Below the pieces are notes generated by a model. That model was not told the DNA's origin, searched no databases, and worked only from the letters and a program-made list of their open reading frames with translations. From Candidatus Falkowbacteria bacterium (GTDB lineage Bacteria; Patescibacteriota; Patescibacteriia; XYB2-FULL-38-15): a DNA stretch of 60,671 nt. Both the position numbers and the translations under genes were made by a program. Of the stretch, positions 34,188 to 42,264 are shown piece after piece (within the stretch, counting starts at the first letter, position 1; each line of letters starts with the position of its first letter). The stretch is taken from NCBI GenBank assembly GCA_016214745.1, contig JACRNW010000009.1, positions 1-60,671 on the forward strand, given 5' to 3'.

Positions 34188-34313
34188 TGAATATACCATT
34201 TCACCACCCCGGCATGAGGTTTGCGGTATGAGGAAAATCTGGTTTACGCCAACCGCGCGCTTGCGCAAAGACGTAAACCAATTTCAAAAAATAGAAGTTA
34301 AAATTTTTTTAAT

Positions 34314-36110
34314 CTACTTCCACTGCCTCTTGGTTTTTTTATACCAATCAGAAATTCCGGCGAAACGGTCGCTCGGAACATTGATGCGCAAGACGTCGAC
34401 TCCCCGGACATCGGTGCTCACAACATAAATGTAGCGGGGGCTATAGAGAAAAATAGCCGGGAGATTGTCAGCTAAAATATTTTGAAACTCAAGATATTTT
34501 TTTGCTCTCTCTTCCGCGTTATCGGTTTGCCTTGCCTCTTCAAGCAATTTATCCGCGTTACGGTTCGCATAAAGAGAAAGGTTCAAACCGGGATCTTCAA
34601 CTTGCGAAGAATGCCAAAACGGAAAAGGATCAGAATCAAAACCAACAATTGTCCCGAGCATCAACGCTTCATAAGTGCGTGAACGGATTATTTCTCTTTG
34701 AATTCTTGTGGCAGGAATCATCTGCAGTTCAACTTGAACGCCGATCACCTCCCAACTTGTCTTAACGATTTCTCCAGCTCTCGCGTATTCGGGTCGGTCA
34801 ACCGTTGTTAGAACTATTTTTAAAACTTTATCACCTTTTTTTCTCACAGTTTCGCCTTCGGCCAGTTTAAACCCGGCCTTTTCAAGCGTCTCGGCGGCTA
34901 AAGCTTGATCAAAAACATTTTTTTTGATTTCCGACGAATAACCGACATAACCGGGAAAAATCGGACCGTCAATCGCCTCGCCCTTGCCTCCCAGAGCTTC
35001 TTCTATAATTTTATTTTTCGGAATGCTTATAGCCAAGGCTTTACGCACCGCGTCATCTTTTAAAAATTCATTATTTTTCTGGTCAAAAAAAATGGCTGTA
35101 TATTGAGGCAAACTTAAAAAATATTTTGTAAGTTTTTTGCTTTGGAGAGTGCTTTCCATTTCCTCGGGCAGAAAACTCACGCCTTCAATATTCTTGTTTT
35201 GAAGCGCCGCGAGAGCAGATTCGTAATCCGGATAGAATTTAAAAATTAATTTTTCAAGATGTGGTTTTTGGCCGTAAAAATTCTCATTTCTAACCAAAGT
35301 ATAAATTTTAATGCTGCCGCTTTTATCTTTTGTCAAAGATTTAAATTCAAAAGGGCCGGAACCAACCGGTTTGATATTATACTCGGCCAAATTCGCGCTT
35401 TGCGCCGGAATGTTGTACCAAAGATGTTCGGGCAAAATGCCGAAAGTCAACATGCCCAAAAATGGCGCGTAAGCTTCATTCAAAGTAAACTTTATTGTTT
35501 TGTCATCAATTTTTTCTACTGCAACTCCGCGGAAACCGGAATAAAGCGGACTTTTAAAAAGCGGGTCTTTTATGAGCGATGCGGTGAAAGTAACATCTGA
35601 AGCGGTTAATTTCTCGTCGTCGTGCCATGATAAATTTTCTCGGAGAAAAATTGTATAAACTTTTTTATCTTCACTCACTTCAAATTTTTCCGCCAAATCG
35701 GGCACCAATTCAAGTTTTTCATTATATTTAAAAAGTCCGGAAAAAATAAGGTGAGACAAATCCATGTCCACATCATTTGTCTGCGCCAAAATCGGATTAA
35801 CGTATTGCGGCGCGCCAACCAAACCTTCAACGTATTCTCCTCCCGAAGCCGGCACTTGTTCCATTCTTGTCAAAAAAAATCTAGCCGCGAAGAAGACGGT
35901 GCTGGCTATTAAGACAAAAAAGAGCCCCGCAAGAACACATTTTTCGGAACGACACAAATATTTGGGAAGATATTTTAACTGCCCAAAAGTCGGCACTCTT
36001 GATTTTGACAAAGAGAGGACCAACTTTTTATCTAGTTCCGTTTGCCGTCCGATGGATAAGGGTTCAGTTTTTCTTTCCTTTTTAGAACGATCGAAAAAAA
36101 ATTTAATCAT
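34314..36110 (-). CDS. ABC transporter substrate-binding protein, family 5 (peptide/nickel type), membrane-anchored
   Basis: Its 598-aa length, N-terminal TM anchor and overall SBP_bac_5-like pattern fit. Confidence 0.7.
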   Translation of the reverse strand: MIKFFFDRSKKERKTEPLSIGRQTELDKKLVLSLSKSRVPTFGQLKYLPKYLCRSEKCVLAGLFFVLIASTVFFAARFFLTRMEQVPASGGEYVEGLVGAPQYVNPILAQTNDVDMDLSHLIFSGLFKYNEKLELVPDLAEKFEVSEDKKVYTIFLRENLSWHDDEKLTASDVTFTASLIKDPLFKSPLYSGFRGVAVEKIDDKTIKFTLNEAYAPFLGMLTFGILPEHLWYNIPAQSANLAEYNIKPVGSGPFEFKSLTKDKSGSIKIYTLVRNENFYGQKPHLEKLIFKFYPDYESALAALQNKNIEGVSFLPEEMESTLQSKKLTKYFLSLPQYTAIFFDQKNNEFLKDDAVRKALAISIPKNKIIEEALGGKGEAIDGPIFPGYVGYSSEIKKNVFDQALAAETLEKAGFKLAEGETVRKKGDKVLKIVLTTVDRPEYARAGEIVKTSWEVIGVQVELQMIPATRIQREIIRSRTYEALMLGTIVGFDSDPFPFWHSSQVEDPGLNLSLYANRNADKLLEEARQTDNAEERAKKYLEFQNILADNLPAIFLYSPRYIYVVSTDVRGVDVLRINVPSDRFAGISDWYKKTKRQWK

Positions 36111-36179
36111 TAGATTTACTAATCTTAAACGGCGACTTACTTTAGAGTCGCTTCGCCGAAATGGAGTTCGGACCTGCCT

Positions 36180-36392
36180 TTAGAGAAAAAAATTCGCTAG
36201 GGCAGCGCCAAAAAATATAATTGAGAGAATAATAGTCGCGATATACAGTTTTTTTTCAAGACCTCTTTTTGTCTGATAAACTGCTCCTTCGCCACCGAAA
36301 ACTCCGCCCACACTCGCTCCTCGGCTCTGAAGAAGAATTACTACCATGAGCAATACTGCCGCGGCAATTTGAATGATATTGATGTATTTCAT
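36180..36392 (-). CDS. secG: preprotein translocase subunit SecG
   Basis: It is 70 aa with two TM segments flanking LLQSRGASVGGVFGG. Confidence 0.85.
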   Translation of the reverse strand: MKYINIIQIAAAVLLMVVILLQSRGASVGGVFGGEGAVYQTKRGLEKKLYIATIILSIIFFGAALANFFL

Positions 36393-36452
36393 ATAGATTT
36401 AGAGGAAATTCTTTATTATTAGAATAATACCAAATCCGCCCCATTTTGTCAA

Positions 36453-36556
36453 CCACGTCCGAAGTTAAGGTTCATTGATATACTCAGTAAAAAATCAACA
36501 TTTAAACCTTAATCACTCTGCCGGGCACGCGAATTAACCTTTACTTCGGATGTGGT
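36453..36556. repeat. long hairpin element (CCACGTCCGAAGTTAAGGTT ... AACCTTTACTTCGGATGTGG)
   Basis: The 20-nt arms are complementary with one G:T pair and one mismatch. The arms resemble those at 25108..25208. Confidence 0.65.
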
Positions 36557-36878
36557 CAATTTCTACCCTTTTTACTGATTAATTCCCTTAATTTTAAAAC
36601 TCCGCGGCCGCTGACCTTGATTCGCCGGCGTTTTTTCTTTTCACGCCTCGCCCGCTCTTTTTCTAATTTTTTTTCCCATTCTTCGGAACCCCGTTCGAGG
36701 TAAAGGTTCTTAGACATAAATTTTTTAATAATTAACCCACAAATACCGTCGCCCCGCCGAGTTTTTTCGCTGACTTAAACCTCAAATGGGGTAATACCCC
36801 ATATCAATATTTTATGGTATACTTTTATTGTAGCACATTTAAACGAGAAACGGATTTTTGCTATTCATTAAATATTTT

Positions 36879-37625
36879 ATGGAAGAAAACTTCGCAGAAG
36901 AAATTTCTAAAAAATGGTATAAAAAATGGTGGGGCGCTCTGTTGATTATCGTTGGCGGTCTGATTTTAAGCTTTATCATTATAATCGCCGGTCAGGTTTA
37001 TTTTTATTACCGCCAAATCAAAAGCGGCGATCTCCCTTTGCCCGGAAAAATTATGTTCCAGGAATCCGGCACGGCGGCGGCCGCGAGCGGCGCGAACAAT
37101 CTTACAAATATAAACCCAGCCAATGAGCCGGCCTCAGCTCCCAATTCGCCGATTACCATTGTCGGTTTTTTTGATTTTGAATGTCCTTACTCACGCGAAG
37201 GCAATGCCGCGATGCGCGCGACGAAAACCGTTTACGGCGACAAGGTTAATTTTGTTTTTCGCAACTTTCCTCTGACTGATATCCACCAAAACTCGATGTT
37301 TGCGGCGATCGCCGGCGAATGCGCCCACGCCCAAAATAAATTTTGGCTGATGAGTGATAAACTTTTCAGCGATTCAAATCTTAGCAGAGAAAAAATAGAA
37401 CTTTACGCAACCGAAATCGGTCTGGATGCAGAACAATTCACAAAATGCCTGGACGGCTATCAAGGCCGGGGCGCGGTTTTGAAAGATGTTTTGGACGGCC
37501 AGGCCGCGGGCATTCGCGGAACCCCGACTTGGTTTATTGACGGCGAAAAAATTGAGGGCGTGCTCTCTGTTTCTGATTTTAAAAAAATCATTGATTATCT
37601 TTTAGCTAAAAAAGAAACTCAATAA
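36879..37625 (+). CDS. DsbA-family thioredoxin-fold protein with a CPYS active-site variant
   Basis: It has an N-terminal TM segment. FFDFECPYSRE occupies the position of the CxxC motif, and GECAHAQNKFW lies downstream. The longest ORF starts at 36858. Confidence 0.7.
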   Translation: MEENFAEEISKKWYKKWWGALLIIVGGLILSFIIIIAGQVYFYYRQIKSGDLPLPGKIMFQESGTAAAASGANNLTNINPANEPASAPNSPITIVGFFDFECPYSREGNAAMRATKTVYGDKVNFVFRNFPLTDIHQNSMFAAIAGECAHAQNKFWLMSDKLFSDSNLSREKIELYATEIGLDAEQFTKCLDGYQGRGAVLKDVLDGQAAGIRGTPTWFIDGEKIEGVLSVSDFKKIIDYLLAKKETQ

Positions 37626-37627
37626 AT

Positions 37628-38245
37628 ATGATTGAAATACGCTTGCACGGCCGGGGCGGCCAAGGCACGGTCACGGCGGCCGAATTGATTGCCGAAGCGG
37701 CTTTCCAGGACGGGAAATTTTCTCAAGCTTTTCCTTCTTTTGGCATTGAACGGCGTGGCGCGCCAGTCGAAGCCTTTGCCCGGATTTCCGATAAACCAAT
37801 TACTTTACATTCAAAAATATACGAACCGGATTATTTGATTATCCAAGACTCAACGCTCATTAATTTAGATCTTGTCCGGCAAGGAGTCGGCCCAAAAACC
37901 TTTATCATTATTAATACTGAAAAGAGCGCCGCTGATTTTAAAAAAATCTTTGAAAAAAATACTATTCAAACTATTCCGGCGACGCAAATCGCGCTCGCGA
38001 TTTTAGGAAAACCTATTATTAACACCATTTTGCTTGGCGCTTTTGCGGGCGTTTGCGGTTTGCTTAATCCCGCCTCTTTAACCTCGGCCATCTCGGCCCG
38101 TTTTAAAAAAGAAATTGCCGAAAAAAATATCAAGGCCATGAATACCGCCTATTGCCACTGCAGCTCAAATTCCGAGTATTGTTTCACGGCGGAAAAATGT
38201 ACGATAGCCGTAGACGGCGGGCAAAAATTTTCCGTCACTTGCTGA
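37628..38245 (+). CDS. porG: pyruvate/2-oxoacid:ferredoxin oxidoreductase gamma subunit
   Basis: It has the HGRGGQGTVTAAELIAEAAF motif. Confidence 0.9.
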   Translation: MIEIRLHGRGGQGTVTAAELIAEAAFQDGKFSQAFPSFGIERRGAPVEAFARISDKPITLHSKIYEPDYLIIQDSTLINLDLVRQGVGPKTFIIINTEKSAADFKKIFEKNTIQTIPATQIALAILGKPIINTILLGAFAGVCGLLNPASLTSAISARFKKEIAEKNIKAMNTAYCHCSSNSEYCFTAEKCTIAVDGGQKFSVTC

Positions 38246-38294
38246 TCCTAAGGATCCTGAGGATCGTAAGGATCTTAAAGATCCTGAGGATAAT
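38244..38294. repeat. 9-bp-periodic array GATCCTAAG GATCCTGAG GATCGTAAG GATCTTAAA GATCCTGAG GATAAT
   Basis: This is read directly between the porG stop and the porD start. It contains five GATC sites at exact 9-bp spacing. Confidence 0.9.
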
Positions 38295-38302
38295 ATTCTA
38301 TC

Positions 38303-38587
38303 ATGAAAATCGCTAAAAAAAATGAATTGTTTACCAAACCGGGGACGACCATCGTCAACAAAACTGGCGCCTGGCGGGTTTATTATCCAATTGTTGATCA
38401 CGAAATTTGCATTGGCTGCGGCACCTGCGACCGCGTCTGTCCAGAAGGAGTTTGTTTTAAAACAGACCAAAAAAATTCCAAAGGCCTGACTTTTTACGAC
38501 CGCGACCTGGATTTTTGCAAAGGCTGCGGTCTTTGCGCCAAAGAATGCCCGGTAAAAGCTATTTCCATGCACTTTGAAGAAAAATGA
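38303..38587 (+). CDS. porD: pyruvate:ferredoxin oxidoreductase delta subunit (2x[4Fe-4S])
   Basis: It has the CIGCGTCDRVCP and CKGCGLCAKECP motifs. Confidence 0.9.
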   Translation: MKIAKKNELFTKPGTTIVNKTGAWRVYYPIVDHEICIGCGTCDRVCPEGVCFKTDQKNSKGLTFYDRDLDFCKGCGLCAKECPVKAISMHFEEK

Positions 38588-38635
38588 TCTTTTGATAAGA
38601 TCTTTAAGATAGTTAAGATTTTTAGGATTTTTAAG
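38588..38635. repeat. degenerate 9-bp-periodic array (TAAGATCTT TAAGATAGT TAAGATTTT TAGGATTTT TAAG)
   Basis: This is read directly. Confidence 0.75.
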
Positions 38636-39004
38636 ATGGATAATTCTTACTCAAAAACTTTTCGACAATTAGTAGTTTGGCAAGAAGCAAAAAAGTTATG
38701 CTTAAATATTTATAGAATAACAAAAAATTTCCCTCAAGAAGAAGTATACGCCCTGGTTTCCCAACTAAGAAGATCTGCCTATTCTGTCTTGGCAAACATC
38801 GCCGAGGGCAATGAGCGCAAGGGTATTAAAGACCGTCTAAATTTTTTTAATATTGCGAGGGGTTCATTGGTGGAATTAGATTGTCTCTTAGAATTATCAT
38901 TTGACCTCAATTATTTAAATGAAAAGGATTATAAAAATTTGTTAGAAAAAATAAATAAAGTGGCATATCTATTAAATAAATTCATCGTCGCTCAAAAATC
39001 CTAA
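38636..39004 (+). CDS. four-helix-bundle protein of the 23S rRNA intervening-sequence protein (S23p/Avd-like) family
   Basis: The pattern is FRQLVVWQEAKKL...VSQLRRSAYSVLANIAEGNER...FFNIARGSLVELDCLLE. Confidence 0.8.
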   Translation: MDNSYSKTFRQLVVWQEAKKLCLNIYRITKNFPQEEVYALVSQLRRSAYSVLANIAEGNERKGIKDRLNFFNIARGSLVELDCLLELSFDLNYLNEKDYKNLLEKINKVAYLLNKFIVAQKS

Positions 39005-39038
39005 GTATCGTAAATATCTTAAAAATCGTAAAGATCCT
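39002..39038. repeat. degenerate 9-bp-periodic array (TAAGTATCG TAAATATCT TAAAAATCG TAAAGATCC)
   Basis: This is read directly, just upstream of the porA ATG. Confidence 0.75.
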
Positions 39039-40187
39039 ATGCTAAAATTCATGGAAGGCTCGCGCGCCATCGCCGAAACCGTGAAACTCTGCCGCCCCGA
39101 CGTGGTCGCCGCCTATCCAATTACTCCCCAAACTCATATCTTGGAAAATCTGGCCGAATTTAAGGCGGAGGGCCAGGCTAATTTTGAATACTTAAAAACG
39201 GAAAGCGAAATGGCCGCGGCTTCAGCCGTGCTGGGAGCAAGCGCCGCGGGCGCGAGAGTTTACACAGCCTCGGCCTCACAGGGATTGCTTTTGATGACCG
39301 AAGTTTTATTTAACATTGCCGGTATGCGTTTGCCGGTTGTGATGACTTGCGCTAACCGCGCCGTTTCCGCTCCGATAAATATTTGGAACGACGAACAAGA
39401 CGCGATGACGCTTCGGGACGCCGGCTGGATGATGTTTTTCGCCGAGGACAATCAAGAAGCGGCCGATCTTCATATTCTCTCTTACAAAATTGCCGAGGCG
39501 ACAAATCTTCCCGTTATGGTTTGTATGGATGGTTTTAGTCTGACTCACACTTTTGAACCGGTGGAAATTCGCGATCAAAAATTAGTTGATAAATTTTTGC
39601 CTCGGCGCAAACTGATTTCCGGCCAATATTTAAATCCCCAGAATCCAATAACCCTGGGCGGAATTTCTTCGCCGGAAAATTATATGCCCGCGCGGGAAAA
39701 ATTACATCAAGACCTAATAGACAGTAAAAAAATGATTCAAAAATTTTTTACTGAATTTAATAAATTATTTATAAAAAGAAAAAATTACAACGGCTTTATT
39801 GAATATTCCGGACCGCGTAACCCCAAACTGATGATTATTGCCATGGGTTCGGTTCTGGGAACCGCGAAAACTATTCTAAACAAAGAAAAACTTTCCGATA
39901 AAGTCGGCGTTTTAAAAATTAAATGTTTCCGCCCCTTTCCCGACGCCGAAATTTCAAAAATAATTTTGAGTATCAGGCCAAAACACATCGCCGTAGTTGA
40001 CCGAGCTGTTTCCTTGGGGCAAGGCGGAATTTTAGCCGGCGAAATAAAAAATCTTTGCCCCATCGGTATGGTTTCAAATTTCATTGTGGGTCTTGGCGGC
40101 AGAGATATTACTCCGGAACATATTGAAAAAATTGTAAAACTAAGTCTAAATGATAAAGCTTGCACGACGCGGTTTTATGATAAATAA
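39039..40187 (+). CDS. porA: pyruvate:ferredoxin oxidoreductase alpha subunit
   Basis: It has the AAYPITPQTHILE motif, and its 382-aa length fits. Confidence 0.9.
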   Translation: MLKFMEGSRAIAETVKLCRPDVVAAYPITPQTHILENLAEFKAEGQANFEYLKTESEMAAASAVLGASAAGARVYTASASQGLLLMTEVLFNIAGMRLPVVMTCANRAVSAPINIWNDEQDAMTLRDAGWMMFFAEDNQEAADLHILSYKIAEATNLPVMVCMDGFSLTHTFEPVEIRDQKLVDKFLPRRKLISGQYLNPQNPITLGGISSPENYMPAREKLHQDLIDSKKMIQKFFTEFNKLFIKRKNYNGFIEYSGPRNPKLMIIAMGSVLGTAKTILNKEKLSDKVGVLKIKCFRPFPDAEISKIILSIRPKHIAVVDRAVSLGQGGILAGEIKNLCPIGMVSNFIVGLGGRDITPEHIEKIVKLSLNDKACTTRFYDK

Positions 40188-40188
40188 T

Positions 40189-40218
40189 TTTTCATTTTTC
40201 ATTTTTAACTTTTAATTT
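40189..40218. repeat. heptanucleotide tandem repeat TTTTCAT TTTTCAT TTTTAAC TTTTAAT
   Basis: This is read directly after the porA stop. Confidence 0.8.
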
Positions 40219-40231
40219 AAGCGCAGCGCAT

Positions 40232-40360
40232 ATGCCCAACCTCGACAAAGTCCTCCAAGTTTTACCAAAAATATTTTTGGGAGTTTTGGTCACACTTTTT
40301 GTTCTCCAAGTTGTCGGATTTTTCGTCATCTTTTATTTATCAAGTCAATCTTTAAAATAA
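40232..40360 (+). CDS. possible 42-aa single-TM miniprotein
   Basis: The protein is MPNLDKVLQVLPKIFLGVLVTLFVLQVVGFFVIFYLSSQSLK. Its stop lies 2 nt before the next ATG. It falls below the ORF-track cutoff. Confidence 0.4.
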   Translation: MPNLDKVLQVLPKIFLGVLVTLFVLQVVGFFVIFYLSSQSLK

Positions 40361-40362
40361 AT

Positions 40363-42252
40363 ATGGCGCAAAGATTTGTAAAATTTTTATTTCTACTGAC
40401 CTTATTTTTTTCTCTGCCTCTTTTTGCTTCAGCCCAAACGGAGGCGAGCGCCCAATGCTGGTCAAAATCTGACTGCATGAGAAAAACCGGAAACTGCCAG
40501 GCTTGTTTTGAATTGCAAACAGTTACCTGCGGCGAAAACCGCGGCTTCTGCTATGCCAAACCCGTACCGGCGACTTTGGAAATTTCTTTGGGCGGCTTGA
40601 GTTCAGTTTCCGACCCGGCCCAATATATTTCCCAACTTTACCAATGGACAATTTCTATCACGGGCATCTTGGCCGGCATTATGATTATGATCGGCGGCCT
40701 TCTCTATCTCACGGCCGGCGGCTCGCCCGAACGGCTTTCAAATGCTAAAGACTATATCAGCAACGCCCTGGTCGGTTTAATTTTAGCTTTGACTTCTTAT
40801 TTTTTATTGCAAACCGTAAACCCCGCGCTTTTATCTTTAAAATTTCCTAAAGTTCCTTTAGTCGCTCCTGCAGTTCAATTTACTCAATTTTGTGAAGATC
40901 TTGAAGAAGCAGGAATTGAAGTGGAACCAGAGGGAGGAGGTAAAATGTGCGGTGATTTGGGTATTCCGAAACCTTCCGACGAAAATGCCGACGTGCCTTC
41001 AAAATGTACTTACAAAAAATGCCAAAATGCCAACGAAGGCTGCTTACCCTGCACCGACCCAGATCCCCTGGCTTGCGCAAAAACGGCCGATTGTTTCCCT
41101 TGCGGGGGAACGAGAGTTGATGGCGTACTATCCGCAATCAAACCCGGCGTTTTGGGAAATCCTTCTGACGTTCAAACGCCGCGCCGCGCTGCCGGTAAAG
41201 AATTTTGCGCCAAAATCGATGTTTTGGACGAAGGCGGCATAGATTATCGCTGCGAATTTGGAGACACCACGACTCTTATGGGCGGAGGTGTCTGGGAGTC
41301 GTTTAAATCTTTTGCCGGCGATTTTGCCACTGGCGCTGGCTTCACTTTCACCACCCTGCCGGTGACAGGAGGACTACTCGGAAAAGTGGAAAGTTTCGGC
41401 ACGGCTGCCCAAGTTGGCGGCGCGGCTACGGGCCGGACGGGTTTGGGAGTAGCCGGCGAAACCGCCGAATTTGCCGCGAATACTGTTGCGGTTGTAAAAC
41501 ACGGTGCCACAGCCGCTATGATTCCAATTTCAGCCATTGGCGGCGGAGCTTTTGTTGCTTTGAAAGAATTTTTTAATGTGGCCAACGCCTCCGTAAATCC
41601 TGAACAATATTTTGGCGTAAATGGCGTTTGCGCCTTAGTAAAATTAGACTGCAGCAAAATCAGCAGTTGTCAGGACTATGAAAATATTGTTTTCAAGGGG
41701 CAAAAAGATTCAACTTTAAGTGAGGTAATCCGTGAATCATACGGCGTGTCGGGATTTCTTACTGATAGTGAATCCTTGGTCCGAGAATACTGCGTAAATG
41801 ACCCCTGCCAATTACCAATCAATTGCGCGCCGACTCAACAAGAGTTTTATTATTGGTCTCCGATCGGCGGACGGCCTGATCCGATTAGCACGACAAGTAC
41901 CGTTGACGCTGGCGGCAGAATTAAGTGCGTAGCCGTGGAAATGGTTGACTCATATAGTACTCACGACAAATTTTCCGAAATTTCTCCGACCGGTCAAAAT
42001 GTTACCGGCGCGGCCCTGCTCTCGCGCGGGATTTCGGCTGATAAAATTTATCCGATCGTCCGGCCTTTTAGCCCCGGCGCGCAAAAAAGAGGCCAATTTT
42101 GCCATGAAAATATTGATTGCGCTTCGGGATCGTGCAGCGGCACGGGCGTTGTCTATCTTGGCGTAAAAATTTATGAAACAAACCCTTTCATAACAACTAC
42201 CGACCAAACGCCTCGCGATCTTCCCTATGATTATTTTAAACGCTGTCTATAG
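40363..42252 (+). CDS. secreted Cys-rich protein with an N-terminal two-TM pilin-like (TrbC/VirB2-like) module
   Basis: It has a signal peptide (LFFSLPLFASAQ). The hydrophobic hairpin ITGILAGIMIMIGGLLYLTAGGSPERLSNAKDYISNALVGLILALTSYFLL is followed by an about 450-aa Cys/Gly-rich region. Confidence 0.7.
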   Translation: MAQRFVKFLFLLTLFFSLPLFASAQTEASAQCWSKSDCMRKTGNCQACFELQTVTCGENRGFCYAKPVPATLEISLGGLSSVSDPAQYISQLYQWTISITGILAGIMIMIGGLLYLTAGGSPERLSNAKDYISNALVGLILALTSYFLLQTVNPALLSLKFPKVPLVAPAVQFTQFCEDLEEAGIEVEPEGGGKMCGDLGIPKPSDENADVPSKCTYKKCQNANEGCLPCTDPDPLACAKTADCFPCGGTRVDGVLSAIKPGVLGNPSDVQTPRRAAGKEFCAKIDVLDEGGIDYRCEFGDTTTLMGGGVWESFKSFAGDFATGAGFTFTTLPVTGGLLGKVESFGTAAQVGGAATGRTGLGVAGETAEFAANTVAVVKHGATAAMIPISAIGGGAFVALKEFFNVANASVNPEQYFGVNGVCALVKLDCSKISSCQDYENIVFKGQKDSTLSEVIRESYGVSGFLTDSESLVREYCVNDPCQLPINCAPTQQEFYYWSPIGGRPDPISTTSTVDAGGRIKCVAVEMVDSYSTHDKFSEISPTGQNVTGAALLSRGISADKIYPIVRPFSPGAQKRGQFCHENIDCASGSCSGTGVVYLGVKIYETNPFITTTDQTPRDLPYDYFKRCL

Positions 42253-42264
42253 ATAACATGGATT

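Larger units (their letters stand above)
34017..34213 (-). tRNA. tRNA-Leu(CAG)-like gene interrupted between the D arm and the anticodon stem by a 108-nt hairpin element (possibly a pseudogene)
   Basis: The 5' part is GCCGGGGTGGTGAAATGGTATATTCA (34213..34188). The 3' part is CAGGCGCACGGTTCAGAGCCGTG..GGGAGTTCAACTCTCCCCTCCGGCA (34079..34017). The acceptor arms are complementary. Confidence 0.6.

Noticed and set aside
38244-39038. CRISPR array.
   Set aside because: The repeat units are only 7-9 nt and directly abut each other without spacers. There are no cas genes in the window.
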